A stretch of DNA of 64,000 nt, from positions 384,001 through 448,000 of the forward strand of contig CAWJTV010000011.1 of the NCBI GenBank assembly GCA_963845755.1. Reading direction: 5' to 3'. How positions within the stretch are numbered: the first letter of the stretch is position 1; each line of letters starts with the position of its first letter. The notes under the pieces were generated by a model that searched no databases, was not told the origin of the DNA, and saw only the letters and a list, made by a program, of their open reading frames with translations. Below are positions 1 through 12,700 of the stretch, piece by piece. The DNA is from an uncultured Planctomycetota bacterium. GTDB taxonomy: Bacteria; Planctomycetota; Planctomycetia; Isosphaerales; Isosphaeraceae. Made by a program: the position numbers and the translations under genes.

Positions 1-2902
1 TCAACGCCCCCGGCGACGACCCGCGTCTCGAAGACGTTGAATCCCCGCCCGAGCAGGAAGATCGTCGAGTTCTGCCCCTCCTGCGGGTGCTCCCCGTACC
101 AGGCGAGCAGGGTGGGTGCCAGGCCCGCGGTGTTCTGGCTGAACATCTCCGAGCCCATGAGGTCGCCTTCGTCCGGCAGTTGCACATCGTAGTCCTGGGT
201 CGGCAGGAGCTCCTCGAGTTGCTTGACCCTGCGGGTCAAGTGCATCAGGTCCGCCGGCCGATACGCGCCGGAATCGCAGATCCGACCCAGGGCATTCTTG
301 GCCTTCTGGAGCTTTTGGCTCAAACAGAGCATGTCCTTGTTGCTCAGGTCCGCCTCCGCGCAGGCGCCCGTCACGTCGAACCAGTTGGCGACGGTCGACA
401 ACCGGAGCGATGGGACAAAATTGGGTGTGACGACCAGGGCGATGCACTCGTGCTGGCCGGGCTCGATCTTGCGATTCGCCAGGTCGTAATCCGGCCTGGG
501 ACCGTTCCAGTACAGGAGGCTGGCGATCCGCCGCGGATTGCTCTGCGTGGGCGGCGTCTGGACCCGCGGGTAGAACTTCCAGCCGAACGTGGTCTCCCCC
601 GCCCCGAAGGCGACCGATGTGCGATTCAAGCCGACGGTCTCCAGGTCGAGGTCGAGCTGGCGGGCGAAGGCCGTCGCGTTGTTCATGTTGACCTTGCCGG
701 TGGCCACCGACACCGCCAGGGCCAGTTGCAGCTCGGTCCGTCAACTGAAGGCGTCGAGCACGTTCTGCTGGTCCACGACCGGATCGATCGAGTAAACATG
801 CAGCGGCCACTTGATCGCGACGTAGTCCTTGAACGCCCTTCGAGCGTCGGGAGACGGCTCGAACTCGTAGAAGAGCAGGTGGTCAACGGGCCCGCACGCT
901 TCCCCCTTGCGCTGGAAAACGGCCTTCATGTCCTGCTTGAGCAGGTGGTCGACGACGACGAACTGGAGCTCCAGCAGGAATGCGAGCACGTCGAACTGGG
1001 TGACCTGGTTCGGCCAGTCCTTAGGAAATTGACCCCGGGGAAGATTGTTCCGATACCCGACGAGGAGCTTCAGGAACTCTTCCCGCGCCTGGAGGACGGC
1101 CTGGTAATCCTTGCGGAGGTATCGTTCCCCCATCGTCTGAATGATCGGCTGCTGGAGCAATTCGGTAAACGGGGCATTCGCGTGCATGAACCGGTTGGTT
1201 TCCAGGAGCGCCTCGCGGACCAGGGACAGGGTACTCGGATCGTGCCGATAGGGGTCCTGCTGGCCCCCATTGATGGCACTGACCAGGAGCCGAAGCCGGT
1301 TATCGGTCCCTCTCAAAGTGCGTGGGAACATACTCATCGCCGCGCCTGCTCCGGGAGCGGGGGGTTGATACGCGGCGGCAACGGCGGCCGCGGCAGCCCC
1401 CTTGGCCGGGGTCGCGGGCGGGGCGTTCGGCCAGGTCGAGGGGCCGAGGATAATCCGCAATTCCGTGATCGCGGCGGAATTCGGGCCGGACCCGGTCTTC
1501 GCCGCCGGGAGCAAGCTCCAGCTTTCCATGCGTTGCTCTTGGTTCGGCCCGGGGTGGCTCCAGTTGTCCCTGGGATCCTCGTTCACGGCCGCTGGAACAG
1601 CGGGCTGCTGATCGGGCCCTTGGATATCCATCGGGACCGGCGCGCCGGGCGGAAGCGGGCCCGGCGGCGCCGAGCGGATTGGGCCCTTGGATATCCATCG
1701 GGACCGTGCGCCGGGCGGGAGCGGGCCCGGCGCGCGGGCGGATTCGGGACCGGTGCGGCGGGCTGATTCTCCCCTTGTTGCACGAAGCTCGCCCGAGTGA
1801 CCGCACCGCCCATGGCGACCGGAGTGCCCGCCGCCTCCAACGAGCCGGGTGCGCAATGCAGGCATAAGAGCTTGTGGATTTCCTCGTTGATGACCTGCGT
1901 CAGGGCGAACGTGAGGTCCATGATGACCGCGTCGCGGAACGTGTTCGGGAGGAGGTCGTCGGTGAGCTCGTGGCGGGCCTCCATGGTCACGATGGCCCCT
2001 TTGCCCTTGCGCGATTCGGGGCCGGGCACGAGCGAGACCGGGAGGCGGAGCAGATACAGGCCGTAGCCGGCCATGTCGGTCAAGTCGTCGCCGCCGTTGA
2101 TCCGCCGGATCTGGTGGAGATGGTTGATGTAGTTCGCCTGCTCGTCCAACTGAATCGTCGGCTCGATCCCGACCCCGGGCTGGCCGGTGGCCGTCGCGAA
2201 GTTGGAGATATTCGAGGGGAGGGGGAGGACGCTGGCCTGGAGGGCGTTGAGCTTCTGGCTGATGTCACTGAGGAGGGACGTCGGATCGGTGGACCCGGAG
2301 CTCGACCCCGAGGCCGAGGAGCTGGCGCCTCCGGAAGCCGGCGCGCTCGAAGACGCGGCCCCCGAGCCGCCGGCGCCCGATGGCGTCCCGGCCATGGAGT
2401 TATTGACCGTCACGGCCGGCGCCGGCGTGGTGGCGGACGTGCCCGTGGGGACGACGGTCGGGACCACGACGGCCGAGGGCCGCGAACCTCCCCCAAGTCC
2501 GCGCGGGGCCGCGACTCCCGCCGCCGCCACGGTCGCCGAGAGCTGGGTCGCATTGGTCAGCACGGCGACGTCGGAACGTCGCTGCGCCGCCTGCAAGATG
2601 AGCTGGAACTGGCCGAGTTGCTGGGCCATTTGCCCCTCGAACTCCGCACGGTAGGCGGTCATCCGGTTCTGGCCCCAGACGTCCGGCGACTTGATCCCGA
2701 TCGTCCCCTTCTTGAAGAGATCCTTATCGATGCAGTCGATCCGGCAGGCAACCTGCTTCATCGTGAGCGGCTCATCCGGCCCCTCGAAGTATTCCCGGAT
2801 GCTCTCAATCACATCATCCCCGCGGCCCACCGAAGTGAGGAGGGCGAACATGACGAGGCTAAGCCCGAATCGGGCCCCAAGGATCTGACGTCGATCCCAC
2901 AT
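1..2902 (-). CDS. Large secreted protein of unknown family, paralog A (alpha subtype); runs off the window edge; interrupted by frameshift(s) at ~1680-1730 and an in-frame TGA at 741-743
   Basis: ATG at 2902 after GAGGGGG; signal peptide MWDRRQILGARFGLSLVMFALLTSVGRG. Motifs PDVWGQNRMT, GIEPTIQLDE, GYGLYLLRLPVSLVPG and WPLHVYSIDPVVDQQN. After the TGA the same frame reads RTELQLALAVSVATG...FGWKFYPRVQTPPTQSNPRRI...IEPGQHEC...YRPAD to base 1, matching paralog D. Confidence 0.85.
1613..1732. repeat. Tandem duplication (~67-bp unit) in the Pro-rich linker of paralog A (GPLPPGAPVPMDIQGP)
   Basis: gggcccttggatatccatcgggaccg..cgccgggcgg.agcgggcccggc occurs at ~1614 and ~1681. Confidence 0.85.
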
Positions 2903-2956
2903 GGTTGTCCCCCTCATCCAGAGATCGGGGCGGTGGTAGGAGTTTGCCTTGAAAGT

Positions 2957-2982
2957 TAGATCGTCACAATCCTGCGGATTCT
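2957..2982 (-). promoter_or_regulatory. Conserved upstream element of paralog A (AGAATCCGCAGGATTGTGACGATCTA)
   Basis: 21/26 identical to 34133-34158 upstream of paralog D; 54 nt from the ATG versus 55 nt in D. Confidence 0.65.
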
Positions 2983-3462
2983 GCGGCCTAAGATCTGGCC
3001 TTGTTGGACACGAATTCGTTCGGATTGACACTACATTTTGCGCCCGGTCGCCAAACTGCCAATTCGCAGAGAATCCGAGCGAATCAACAATCGTGTGGTG
3101 GAGCCTTCCTCAGAATCAGTTCTTGAATGCTTTTGTGCGGAATCCGGAATCTCGAATCCCTGTCCAATTGCGCCCAAAGGCAGCGTTAGGCGATTGTCCA
3201 AGAAGGTCGTAGGGTTGGGTGAAACCCACCGAGAAATGTGCCCCGCTCTCGTTCGGTTTTCATCCACGCCACTCATCCCGAACGTGGGCCTCGGCTTGTT
3301 TCTCAGCGCGACGGCCGTCCCGCAACCAATCCGACCGGAAAAGCGGTAACCTTCCCCCTATCTCTCCCATTCAACGCACATTATAATCCTCACAATGGGT
3401 TACAGGCAGGACCATCGTCCATCTCGCACCTCGGAAAACCACACTTGTTTTGGAGCACATGT

Positions 3463-4230
3463 ATGTTTCGCCGATTATTGATGTTCAGTATCCTACTCCT
3501 TGCCGCAACGAACCCGGGCGCACGCGCCGACGAACCACCGACGGCGATAACGACTTCAACCCAGGCCGTGCCGGCGGCCTCACAACCAACAGCAGGCGGA
3601 ACGGGCCCGGCTGGTATTGTGGTGGACTCCGGGGTTGCAGTCCCGTCCGGACCGGAGACCTACCTCGCACGCGGTCTGGACGAGATGAAAAACAAGCAAT
3701 ACCGGCCGGCGATCGCCGACTTCGATGACGTGCTCCGCCTCGACCCGAGCTGCGCGGCCGCCTATTACCAGCGCGCGCTGGCGAACCAGAAGACCTCCCG
3801 AATGGAGCGGGCTCTCGGCGACTTATATGAGGCGATCCGGCTCGATCCTCAGAACCCCAACTATTACTTCCTTCGCGGCGAGGTCGCCAAGGCGATGCAC
3901 CGTCACAATCGAGCGATCGAGGATTATACGATGGTCATTCGTCTCGATCCCAAGAATTCGGCGGCGAAGGATCGGCTGTGGGAGCTCACCGATGGGGCGA
4001 AACCGGCGGACCCCCCGAAACCCACACCGACCAAAACGACGACGACCCTACCCACGGCGTTGCAGGCCGCGCTGGATCAGGCGGCCATCGAGGAGGCCAA
4101 CGCCCGGACCGCAACGGCGCGGGCCAACACCGAGGAACAGCTCGCCCGGATCGAGGAAGCGCGGGCTCGCGCCGAGAAGGCCATGCTCGACGCGGAGCGT
4201 TCCCGACGCCAGCGGCTCCAAACCAAGTAG
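3463..4230 (+). CDS. Secreted tetratricopeptide repeat protein with C-terminal coiled coil
   Basis: Signal peptide MFRRLLMFSILLLAATNPGARA; ~3 TPR motifs (AIADFDDVLRLDP, ALGDLYEAIRLDP, AIEDYTMVIRLDP); Ala/Glu/Arg-rich helical tail. Confidence 0.85.
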   Translation: MFRRLLMFSILLLAATNPGARADEPPTAITTSTQAVPAASQPTAGGTGPAGIVVDSGVAVPSGPETYLARGLDEMKNKQYRPAIADFDDVLRLDPSCAAAYYQRALANQKTSRMERALGDLYEAIRLDPQNPNYYFLRGEVAKAMHRHNRAIEDYTMVIRLDPKNSAAKDRLWELTDGAKPADPPKPTPTKTTTTLPTALQAALDQAAIEEANARTATARANTEEQLARIEEARARAEKAMLDAERSRRQRLQTK

Positions 4231-4426
4231 GCATCAATAACCGGCGGATACCCGGCGTTATCACGCCCTTCGTTCAGCGCGGGCCTCTCGACCCCGGCGT
4301 GAGACGGACCGCAGGCCTCCCGGCTCGTGTCGCCTGGGGAGACCTGCGGTCCAGCGGCTGGAAACGTCGCGAGACTTTGCGACGTGGTGACACCGTCCCT
4401 CAACAGAAACCCCGTGATCTCGCCCC

Positions 4427-7400
4427 TCAGGGCCGTCCCATGAGCCGCTCCAGGAGCGGCCCTCGGGCCGAGGCCGCTGGCGAGGCGGGGGGCGTGGTCG
4501 CTGCCTGTCGGCGATGGAACAGGCCGTGCCCCTTCGCCTTCGGCATGTTCGTGACCGGGACCTGGACGTTGACCGACGGGGCACGCTGTGGAACCATGAC
4601 CACCGTTTGAGATGAGTGCGTCGGCCCGGGGACCGTCACGGGGGTCGGGGCGGGGACCGAGGGGGGTGTCGGAGTTAGGGTGAATCCCGGCGGCAGGGTG
4701 AATCCCGGCGGCAGGGTGACCCCCGGCGGCAAGGGAGCCCCCGGCGGCGGTGTGGATGTCGGTGTCTGGGCGAGTACCAACGGCATCATGAACCCCGCCG
4801 GTACGGCGCTCGCGGGCAGGAGCGAAGGCATCTTGAAGCCGGCCAATTCCTCGGAGGGAAGGGGCGGGAGATCGTCCCTCGAGCTAGCCGCCTTGGCGGG
4901 CTCAAGCCCAGCTCGCCGTGCGTGGGGATCCTTACCTCGTTCGGTGAACCGGATGGGCGGCACAATGCCGGATCTGGTCCGGGCCCCGGTCTGGGCAGCC
5001 AGGGCCGCTCCCGACGCGGTGGTTTGACCGGCCGGGACCGGGACCGACCAGGAGGTCGGTGGCGGGTCCAGAGTTACCGCGATGGAGATCGTCAGGGTAT
5101 TGGTCGTCGTCGATGTTGTCGGGACCAGGCCCGACGGCGCCACCGGCTGGATCAGTACCGAACTCGAAATCATGCTCGGAATCGGCAGAGTCGGTTGTGT
5201 GGCGAGGATCGGCTTGCTGAGCTGGCCCGCCAGGTCGTCGAGTTGTGTCCCCTGGATCACATAGGTGCCGTCGACGAGCGGGACGTTGTTCAACGTGACC
5301 GGTAGCGAGAAGGTGCTAAAGGGAAAAAGGGCCAGGAGGTTGATCGCCGCCGGCAACGGCCGCGACGGATCGTTCGATTGAATGCGGATCCGCGTACCCT
5401 GCGGGAACGAGTTCGGACCGGTGGGTTGCTTGGCGGGGTTCGCGGCCGGGGTACGATATCCGATCGTCAGGACCTGGTCGATGAAGGTGTAACCGGGAGC
5501 CGCGGCGACGGGAAAAGCCGGAGCCGGGGGCGGCGGCGCGGCCGTCGTGGTCTTCGCCGGGATCTGGAGCCGGTTCGAGATCCCGCTAGGCGTGGACACA
5601 TAGAGCTCGACGACCTGCTGACCATCCTCGCGAGTGGCGGTCTTGACCCCGGGCGGGATCCGCACCCGCATGACCTCCCGGCTGAGGATGTCGAAGCTCC
5701 CGGTGTCCTTCACGGTAAACGTCGTCTTGCCATCCGACCCGACCATGATCAAGTTGCCGTTGACATCCCTGAATGCGGAGTTGAGGGTGGTTCCAAAGAG
5801 GACCGGGTTGTTGTTGGCGTCCTTGGTCACGACCGTATTCGAGCCCTCGCGCGGCACCGCGACGCCCCCGACGACCACGGCGGTCTCATAGAGACTGAAG
5901 TGTTTCCCGTAGACGATGATATCGTAGGGCTGAGACTGGCTCGGGTCGATCGTCTGGATCCCTTCAAATCCGGAGACCTCGGGCACGAGGGCCGTTTCTC
6001 CCTGGGTGAACAGGGCGAAGCCGCCCAGAGTGTTCTGGTAGGGCACCTTCACGAACTGGGTCTGGAGCGGCAGCATCACCTCGAGCTGGTGCAGTCGAGC
6101 TCGTATCCGCTCGACGTCCTCGGGCCGGTATTTGCCGCACTTGCAGGCGGCTTCCAGGGCGTCGCGTGCCTCATTGATGCGGCGCCGAAGTTCGACGGTG
6201 CGCGCGGTGTGGATGGTCCGTTCGTCGGGATCGTGGAGCCGGAACCAGTCACCCGCCACGTCCACCCGCAACCCGCGGACGAACGACGGCATGACGACCA
6301 CCGCGGTCAACTCGCGCATGCCCGGCTCGATCTTGCTGTTGTCGAGCTGATAGTTCCGGCCGGGACCGCCATTGATCAACAAGTTCGCGATGGCGTGGAT
6401 GTTCGACTCATCGGGCGGCGTCTGGTACCGCGGGGTGAACCGCCAGCCGAAGGTGTCGTTGCCGTGTGCGAAGGACGTGACGGTCTGGTTCAGCGCGATG
6501 GCCTCGGCCTCGTATTGCAACTGCCGGTTGTAATTGAGCGCCTGCCGGAAGCTGACGCGGCCCGAGGACAAGGCGAAGGCCAGCGCCAGTTGCAGGTCGC
6601 GCCGGCGGGTGTAGGCATCGTCGATATTCTGCTCATCAATCGTCGGCTCCAGGGCAAATGTGATCATTGGCCAGCGCGCCTTGACATACTCCTGGAAGAC
6701 AGTCGCCGCGTCCGGCGCCGGCTCGGGGGGATAGAAGAACATGGATTCGACCTCGGGCGGGCAAGTATACCCGTCCACCCCCTTGGTCTGCTTCATGTCT
6801 TCACGGAGCTGTCGATTGAGCAGACCGGCCTGGATAACGATCCCCCAGCAGAGGACCCCGATCGGACGGAATCGCAGATTGCCCGGTATCCGGTGCGTGA
6901 AGCTCTCGTAGACGTGGTAGAACTCGTTGAACTCCGCATCCGAGTCGACCTGGACCCCTTTGGGCCCCTCGAACTTCCGGCAGTAGACCTGGTCGGTGAG
7001 GTTCTCCACATACTCGACGTCCTGGAGTAGCGGCGGCTGTTCGCGACACCGGCCCTCCATCAGGTCGTAGGCCGACTCCAGCTCGTGGAGGAGGAAGGTC
7101 CGCACGTCGGTCGCGCGAACCGTCCAGGTGTCCGGGGCTTTCGAGTTTCCCAGGCCCAGCGCCTGCTGCGCGGCGAACGCCAGATTGAGGAGGTTTTGCG
7201 CGACGAACACCCGCTTCACATCGCTCGGGGCAATCGCGTAGATCCGCTGACCCGGCCGGCTCGGTGTTTGTAGCCTCGTTGTCTCCAATAACGGTCTCTT
7301 AATATTCAGCTCAGCCAGTGTTGGGCTCGTTTTTTTCGTGGGATCGCTCCAGTATGTCTGCAACGCCGCCTGATAATTCTGCGCCTGGCCGCTGCGAATC

Positions 7401-8282
7401 AGTTCGTGCACGACCGGCGCAAGCAGGTTGACCAGGTCGTAGATGACCAGGTTGCGGTACGTGGTCTGAAGGAACCTGGGGTTGAAGTCGTGCCTCACCG
7501 TGAGGTTAATGATCGCGCCGAACCCCTTCTTGGTGTGGTCGCCGGGTTCGATCGAGACGGGCACCCGCAAGAGATAGAGCCCGTATCCCGCCGAATCGGC
7601 GTTGTCATCGCCGAGATTGACCCGGCGAAGCCGGTGGAGGTGGGAGATGTAGTCGGCCATCTCGTCGAGCTGGACGTTGGGCTCCAAGCCGAAGTTCATC
7701 GCAGTCAGCGCGCCCGTAGTAGGATTCGACCGCCTGGGGCGCTATCGCGGTGAGCAGGCTGAAGTTCGTGGCGGGGGTGGGAAAGGACGAGGACCCGGGG
7801 AGCTGAGGGGACTGAGCATTCGCCGTGGAGGTGCCGTTCAGGAAGCCGACGGCGGCGTCCCGTTCGTTCGAGACCGCGGTCGGACTCGTAAGCTGCAAGC
7901 TTGTCCCTGGAGCGACCGGCGAGATCGAGGCCCCCAGGGCCGTCTGGCTCGAAAAACCCGCGTAGTCACTACGTGCGATCCGGGCCGAGAGGTAGGGTTG
8001 GAACTTCGTCAACTCTTGCTGCATCGTGTTCTCGAATTCCTTGCGGAACTGCGTCATCCGCGCCTGACTCCAGACGTCGGGATGCTTCACGACGACCGTG
8101 CCCTCATCCAGGATCTTATTCTGGATGTGATCCATCATGCGGGCAACATCGGCGAGCGTGGGCGGGTCCGATGGCCACCTCAGATGGTCGAGAATCCCCT
8201 GCGCACGGCTCGCACTCGGCGCGAGAACCAGCACAAGGACCACACCCGCTGCCCCAAATCTCGATGTCCTTCGACGCATCAT
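4427..8282 (-). CDS. Large secreted protein of unknown family, paralog B (beta subtype), with IPT/TIG-like domain; one frameshift at ~7720-7740
   Basis: GGAGG before ATG 8282; signal peptide ending SASRA-Q. Motifs PDVWSQARMT, GLEPNVQLDE, GYGLYLLRVPVSIEPG, WPMITFALEP, DLQLALAFA, FTPRYQTPP and IEPGMRE. IPT-like segment YGKHF...VVVGG...ILSREVMRVRIP...YVSTPSGISNRL. Confidence 0.88.
4676..4748. repeat. 18-bp tandem repeat encoding (LPPG[A/V/F]T)n in the paralog B tail
   Basis: cagggtgaatcccggcgg-type unit repeated 3-4 times. Confidence 0.75.
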
Positions 8283-8978
8283 GACGTCCTCCATCCCGCG
8301 AAACCCCTCGATCCTCACCGATCTCCGGGAAATGCTCGTTCTAATCATCGGTCCGATTACATCGATTCTGCGGGCATTTCTGGACTTCATTCATTCGGAC
8401 AAGACGAGGCCACGCGCAATCGTCGTCGCGGGATGTGGATGCGTCCCGAATCGGGATTTGCCCTCCCAAGAATTCGGTGCGGTCCACCTCGGGCCGCCTC
8501 GACGTCCAATGAGTCGATCGACGCCCCGCACGGGACCTCACGTACGACTCGGCGAGACCCGGCCTACGAAGGCGCAGACCCACGGATTTAGGCCGTTTTG
8601 TCATCAGTTCCGCGCGTGATTGAGCGATCCGCGATGACCACGCAGGATCGCCCCCAAGGATCTCTGGATCAGCCAAAGCGCTCGCTGTCAAGAGGGATTT
8701 TGCAGGCCTGGACCTGCAACATTTGAATTACACCGAGGCACCTAAGTCGAACGGAAGCCGAAACTTGAGACGACTCCTCATTTTCGACAAGTGATTGTGC
8801 GTTTTTCATCGAGTTCGGTTAGTAGACCAAAATCTCAGCGTGTCGTCACCTCGTGTGATAGACTCCCGCGTGAAAAGACTCTCGGGTTCGTCGCGGAGGC
8901 CGCCCGGCTCCGCTCAGGGACGGACTCACGGTAGGGAGAGTCGCGGACACCAGGGGGTCTCAGGGAGGCGATCCGACG

Positions 8979-9608
8979 ATGAAGCGGACACACCGTTTTG
9001 TTCCCACGGCATGGGACCAGCTCGAGGGGCGCGTGGTCTTGAGCCAGCAGACGACGCTGGGGCTTTCCACAGTCGTGAGCGGCCTGTCACCGCATCTCCG
9101 GGCGCTGAACCGTCGGCAGACCGCACTGGTCGCCGAGGTCAACCAGGCGTTCGACTCGTTCCAGAACGACTACGATCAGGCCCGCGCGACCTATTTCGCG
9201 TCGCTCCAGGCCAGCGGGGGCTCGTCCGCCGCGGTCAACTCGGCCATGACGGCATTCACGGATTACACCGTGCAGCGAACTCAGGTCCTGGCCCAGCAGA
9301 TCGTCAGCAGCTTCGTCCAGACTCCCCAGGGGACGGCGAAGGCCCCGAACCAACCGTATGCCCTGAAGCAGTTGGTCGAGGCGAGGATTATCGGGCCCAA
9401 GGGCAAGGGACCCGGCGGATCCCTCATCAACTCCCTGAACGGGATGATTCCGCAAATCGATGCCTCCGTCCTCACGTCGTCACCGACCACGACCCTGTAC
9501 ACGCTCAGCCAGGATAATGCCATCGAGGCGACCCGGACTGCCGTGCTCAACGGCGTGAGCATCATGAAGAGCGGAGCTTTCGGGATTCAGAAGGTTAGCC
9601 ACTATTGA
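8979..9608 (+). CDS. Planctomycete extracellular protein, predicted helical
   Basis: N-terminal MKRTHRFVPTAWDQLEGRVVLS matches the planctomycete LE.R.LLS export motif; GGGAGG upstream. Confidence 0.8.
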   Translation: MKRTHRFVPTAWDQLEGRVVLSQQTTLGLSTVVSGLSPHLRALNRRQTALVAEVNQAFDSFQNDYDQARATYFASLQASGGSSAAVNSAMTAFTDYTVQRTQVLAQQIVSSFVQTPQGTAKAPNQPYALKQLVEARIIGPKGKGPGGSLINSLNGMIPQIDASVLTSSPTTTLYTLSQDNAIEATRTAVLNGVSIMKSGAFGIQKVSHY

Positions 9609-9751
9609 CCGACCCGCGCAGGGTCGCCGGCCATCCGAGGGCAATCAGCGGGCGCGATGGGCGCGCCCGACGCGGAGCACCGGCGATCCGCCGCGCAACG
9701 TTCGCGCCATGCCATCCCACTCGCTGGCACTTGAAAAGGGGCTTGACGGCC

Positions 9752-12700
9752 ATGGACTTCCTCACGCGGCATTCCCACCGGAAGCGTGGTTCGAATCGGG
9801 GCCTCGCGACCACCGTCCTGGTCGAACGGCTCGAGCGGCGAACGTTGCTCAGCCTGCAAGTCGGCCCGATCACGGCGGTCGCGGGCCAGACCTTCAACGG
9901 TCCGGTCGCCACGTTCGGGCCCAATGACCTGCAAGGCACGCTCGCCGACTTTCAGGCCACGATTACCTGGGGCGGTGGTGTGACCCCCAGCTCGCAGGGT
10001 ACGATCACGGCAAACGCCCAGGGGGGCTACACGGTCTCCGGCTCGAACATCTACCCGGAGCCGGGGAATTACACGCTCACCGTGGACGTCACCGGCGCCA
10101 ACAATACTTCGGTGCAGAGCAGCGGCCCCGCGACCGTTTCGGATGCCCCGCTGACGACCAGCCCCGTCACCATCCAGCCGCTGGTCCAGACCGCCTTTTC
10201 GGGCGTCGTGGCCTCGTTCACCAGTGCAAACCCCTACGCCAACACCAGCGATTTCTCGGCCACGATCAACTGGGGTGATGGGGTCAACACCAATACACCG
10301 GGTGTCATCTCCGCGAACAACGCTGGGGGATTCAATGTCGTCGGTCAGTTCGGTGGATACCAGAACGTTGGCACGTTCCCGGTCACGGTGACGATCAAGT
10401 CTCCGGCCGGCCAGACCAACATTGTAAACTCCACGGCCAGTGTGACGGCCCTACCCATCACGGTCTATCCGATCAAGGTGACAGCCGCCGTGAATCAGCC
10501 GGTCAACGGCGTCACGGTCGCATCGTTCGTCGATCCCGATGTGACCGACACCGCCAGCGACTTCCAGGCATCGATCGACTGGGGGGACGGCACAACCTCG
10601 CCAGGGACGATCAGCGGCGGAACCAACGGCGTTTACACGGTGACCGGCACCAAGCCGAGTCCCTACACCGCGGTCGGCACCTATACGGTGACGACCCAGG
10701 TCGTGCGGACGGCCACCCAGCAGACGGCGAGTGCGGCGGGCCAGGCGGTGGTCTCCGCGGTCGGGCCGACCCTCGTCCCGACGGGAGCCCTTCTGGTCGA
10801 GCCCGCCGGAGTGACCTTCAACGACGTTCAGGTGGGCACATTCACCGATTCCAAGGCCGGGGCCCAGACCGCCAGCTTCTCGGTCGCGATCAATTGGGGC
10901 AATGGTCAGACCACGCCCGGAACCGCCACGTTCGTCTCGTCGTCGGGCGGTGTCAGCCTGTTTTCCGTGACCGGGACCAACGTCTACACGACCCCGGGCA
11001 CGTATAACGTGACGGCCACGGTTAACGACAACGTGGGAGATTCGACGACGATCGCCAGCACGGCGGTCGCGACCGGCCCGGTGCTGACGCCGATCAGCGC
11101 CCTGATCATCGCGACCGCCGGGCAACCATTGCCCACCACAACGGTTGTCGGTTCGTTCCTCGATTCCAACACGGCCGACGTCCCGGGCAACTTCACGGCC
11201 ACGATCAACTGGGGCGACGGTCATACCTCGCAGGGGACCGTCACTGCGGTTGCGGGGTCGCCCGGCCTCTTCACGGTCACCGGGACCAATCTCTACACGA
11301 CGCCGAATACCGACACGGTCTCGATCTCGGTCCAGAACAATCAGGGCCAATCGACCACGATCCAGAGCACGGCCGTGGTGATTAGCCCGTTCCTCTCCGC
11401 GACGGGCACCTCCTTTTCCACCACGCCTGGGGTACCGTTGCCCAGCGGCACCGTCGTCGCCAACTTCACCGACTCCAACGTGAACGCAACGGCCGCCAAC
11501 ATCACCGCAACGATCAACTGGGGAGACGGAACCACCAGCACCGGCAAGATCAACCTCATCAGCTCGAACGGCTCGATCAGCACGTTCACGGTGACGGGGA
11601 CGCATGTTTATCCAGCCTCCGGCACGGCAAGCTCCTATCCGGTCATAGTGACGATCGACGACCCGAGCGGGCAGACCACCTCGGTCACCAGTACGGCCAC
11701 GGTCACGACGCCCATCGCCGCGTCCGGTACGACATTCTCGGTCACGCCGGGCCAGTCGTTCACCCAGACGGTCGCCAATTTCACCGACACCAACCCCGCC
11801 GCGAATGCCAGCAATATCACGGCCGTGATCAACTGGGGCGACGGGCAGACGAGCACCGGCCAGATCAGTGGATCCTCGGGCGCCTTCACGGTGTCAGGGA
11901 CCCACACTTACTCGACCCCCGGCGCAGCGTCCTACGCGATCAAGGTGACGATCGTCAACCCGAGCGGCCAGTCGGCCACGGCCAACAGCACGGCGATCGC
12001 GACGGCCTTCATCAACGCAACCGGTACGACCTTCACCACGACGGTCGGCCAAACCTTCACCGCGACGGTCGCCAACTTCACCGACACCAACCCCAATGCG
12101 ACCGCCAAGAACATCTCGGCCCTGATCAACTGGGGCGATGGTCAGTCGAGTGTCGGGCAGATCAGCAGCACCGGCGTGGCCGGCAGCTATACCGTGACGG
12201 GTACCCACACTTATGCTGCGAACCCCGCCACGTCCGGCTCCTTCCCGATCACGGTCACGATCACCGATCCGAGCGGGCAGTCCGCCGTCGCCAATAGCAC
12301 GGCGTTCGTCGCGGCGCCGACCATCGTGGCGACCGGCCTCACCTTCGATGCGGTCCCCGGCCAGTCGTTCACCACGACGGTGGCGACCTTCACCGACTCC
12401 AATCCCAACGCCGTCACCAACCTGCCCACGGCCGTGATCAAGTGGGGGGACGGACAGACCAGCACCGGGACGGTCACCTATGCCGCCGGCGTCTTCACGG
12501 TCATGGGCACCCACACCTACTCGGCCCCGGGCGCATCCAGCACCTATCCGGTGACCGTGACGATCCTCGACCCGAGCGGGCAGACCGCCACGGCCAACAG
12601 TACGGCCATCATCGTCTCGTCCTACATCAGCGCAACCGGCACCACCTTCATCACGTCGGTCGGCCAAACCTTCACCCAGACGGTCGCCAATTTCACCGAC

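Noticed and set aside
741..743. Selenocysteine at the in-frame TGA
   Set aside because: Paralogs have Glu, Arg or Leu, not Cys, at this position, and I could not identify a SECIS element.
87..1766. 559-aa plus-strand ORF (likewise 5378-7030, 11894-13681, 24834-26327, 44511-46721, 47467-48987, 57495-58871)
   Set aside because: These are antisense shadows of real genes in high-GC DNA with no recognisable motifs.
4427..8282. Assignment of the giant proteins to secretin, MACPF or CsgG families
   Set aside because: No diagnostic motifs are visible; this would need a structure search.
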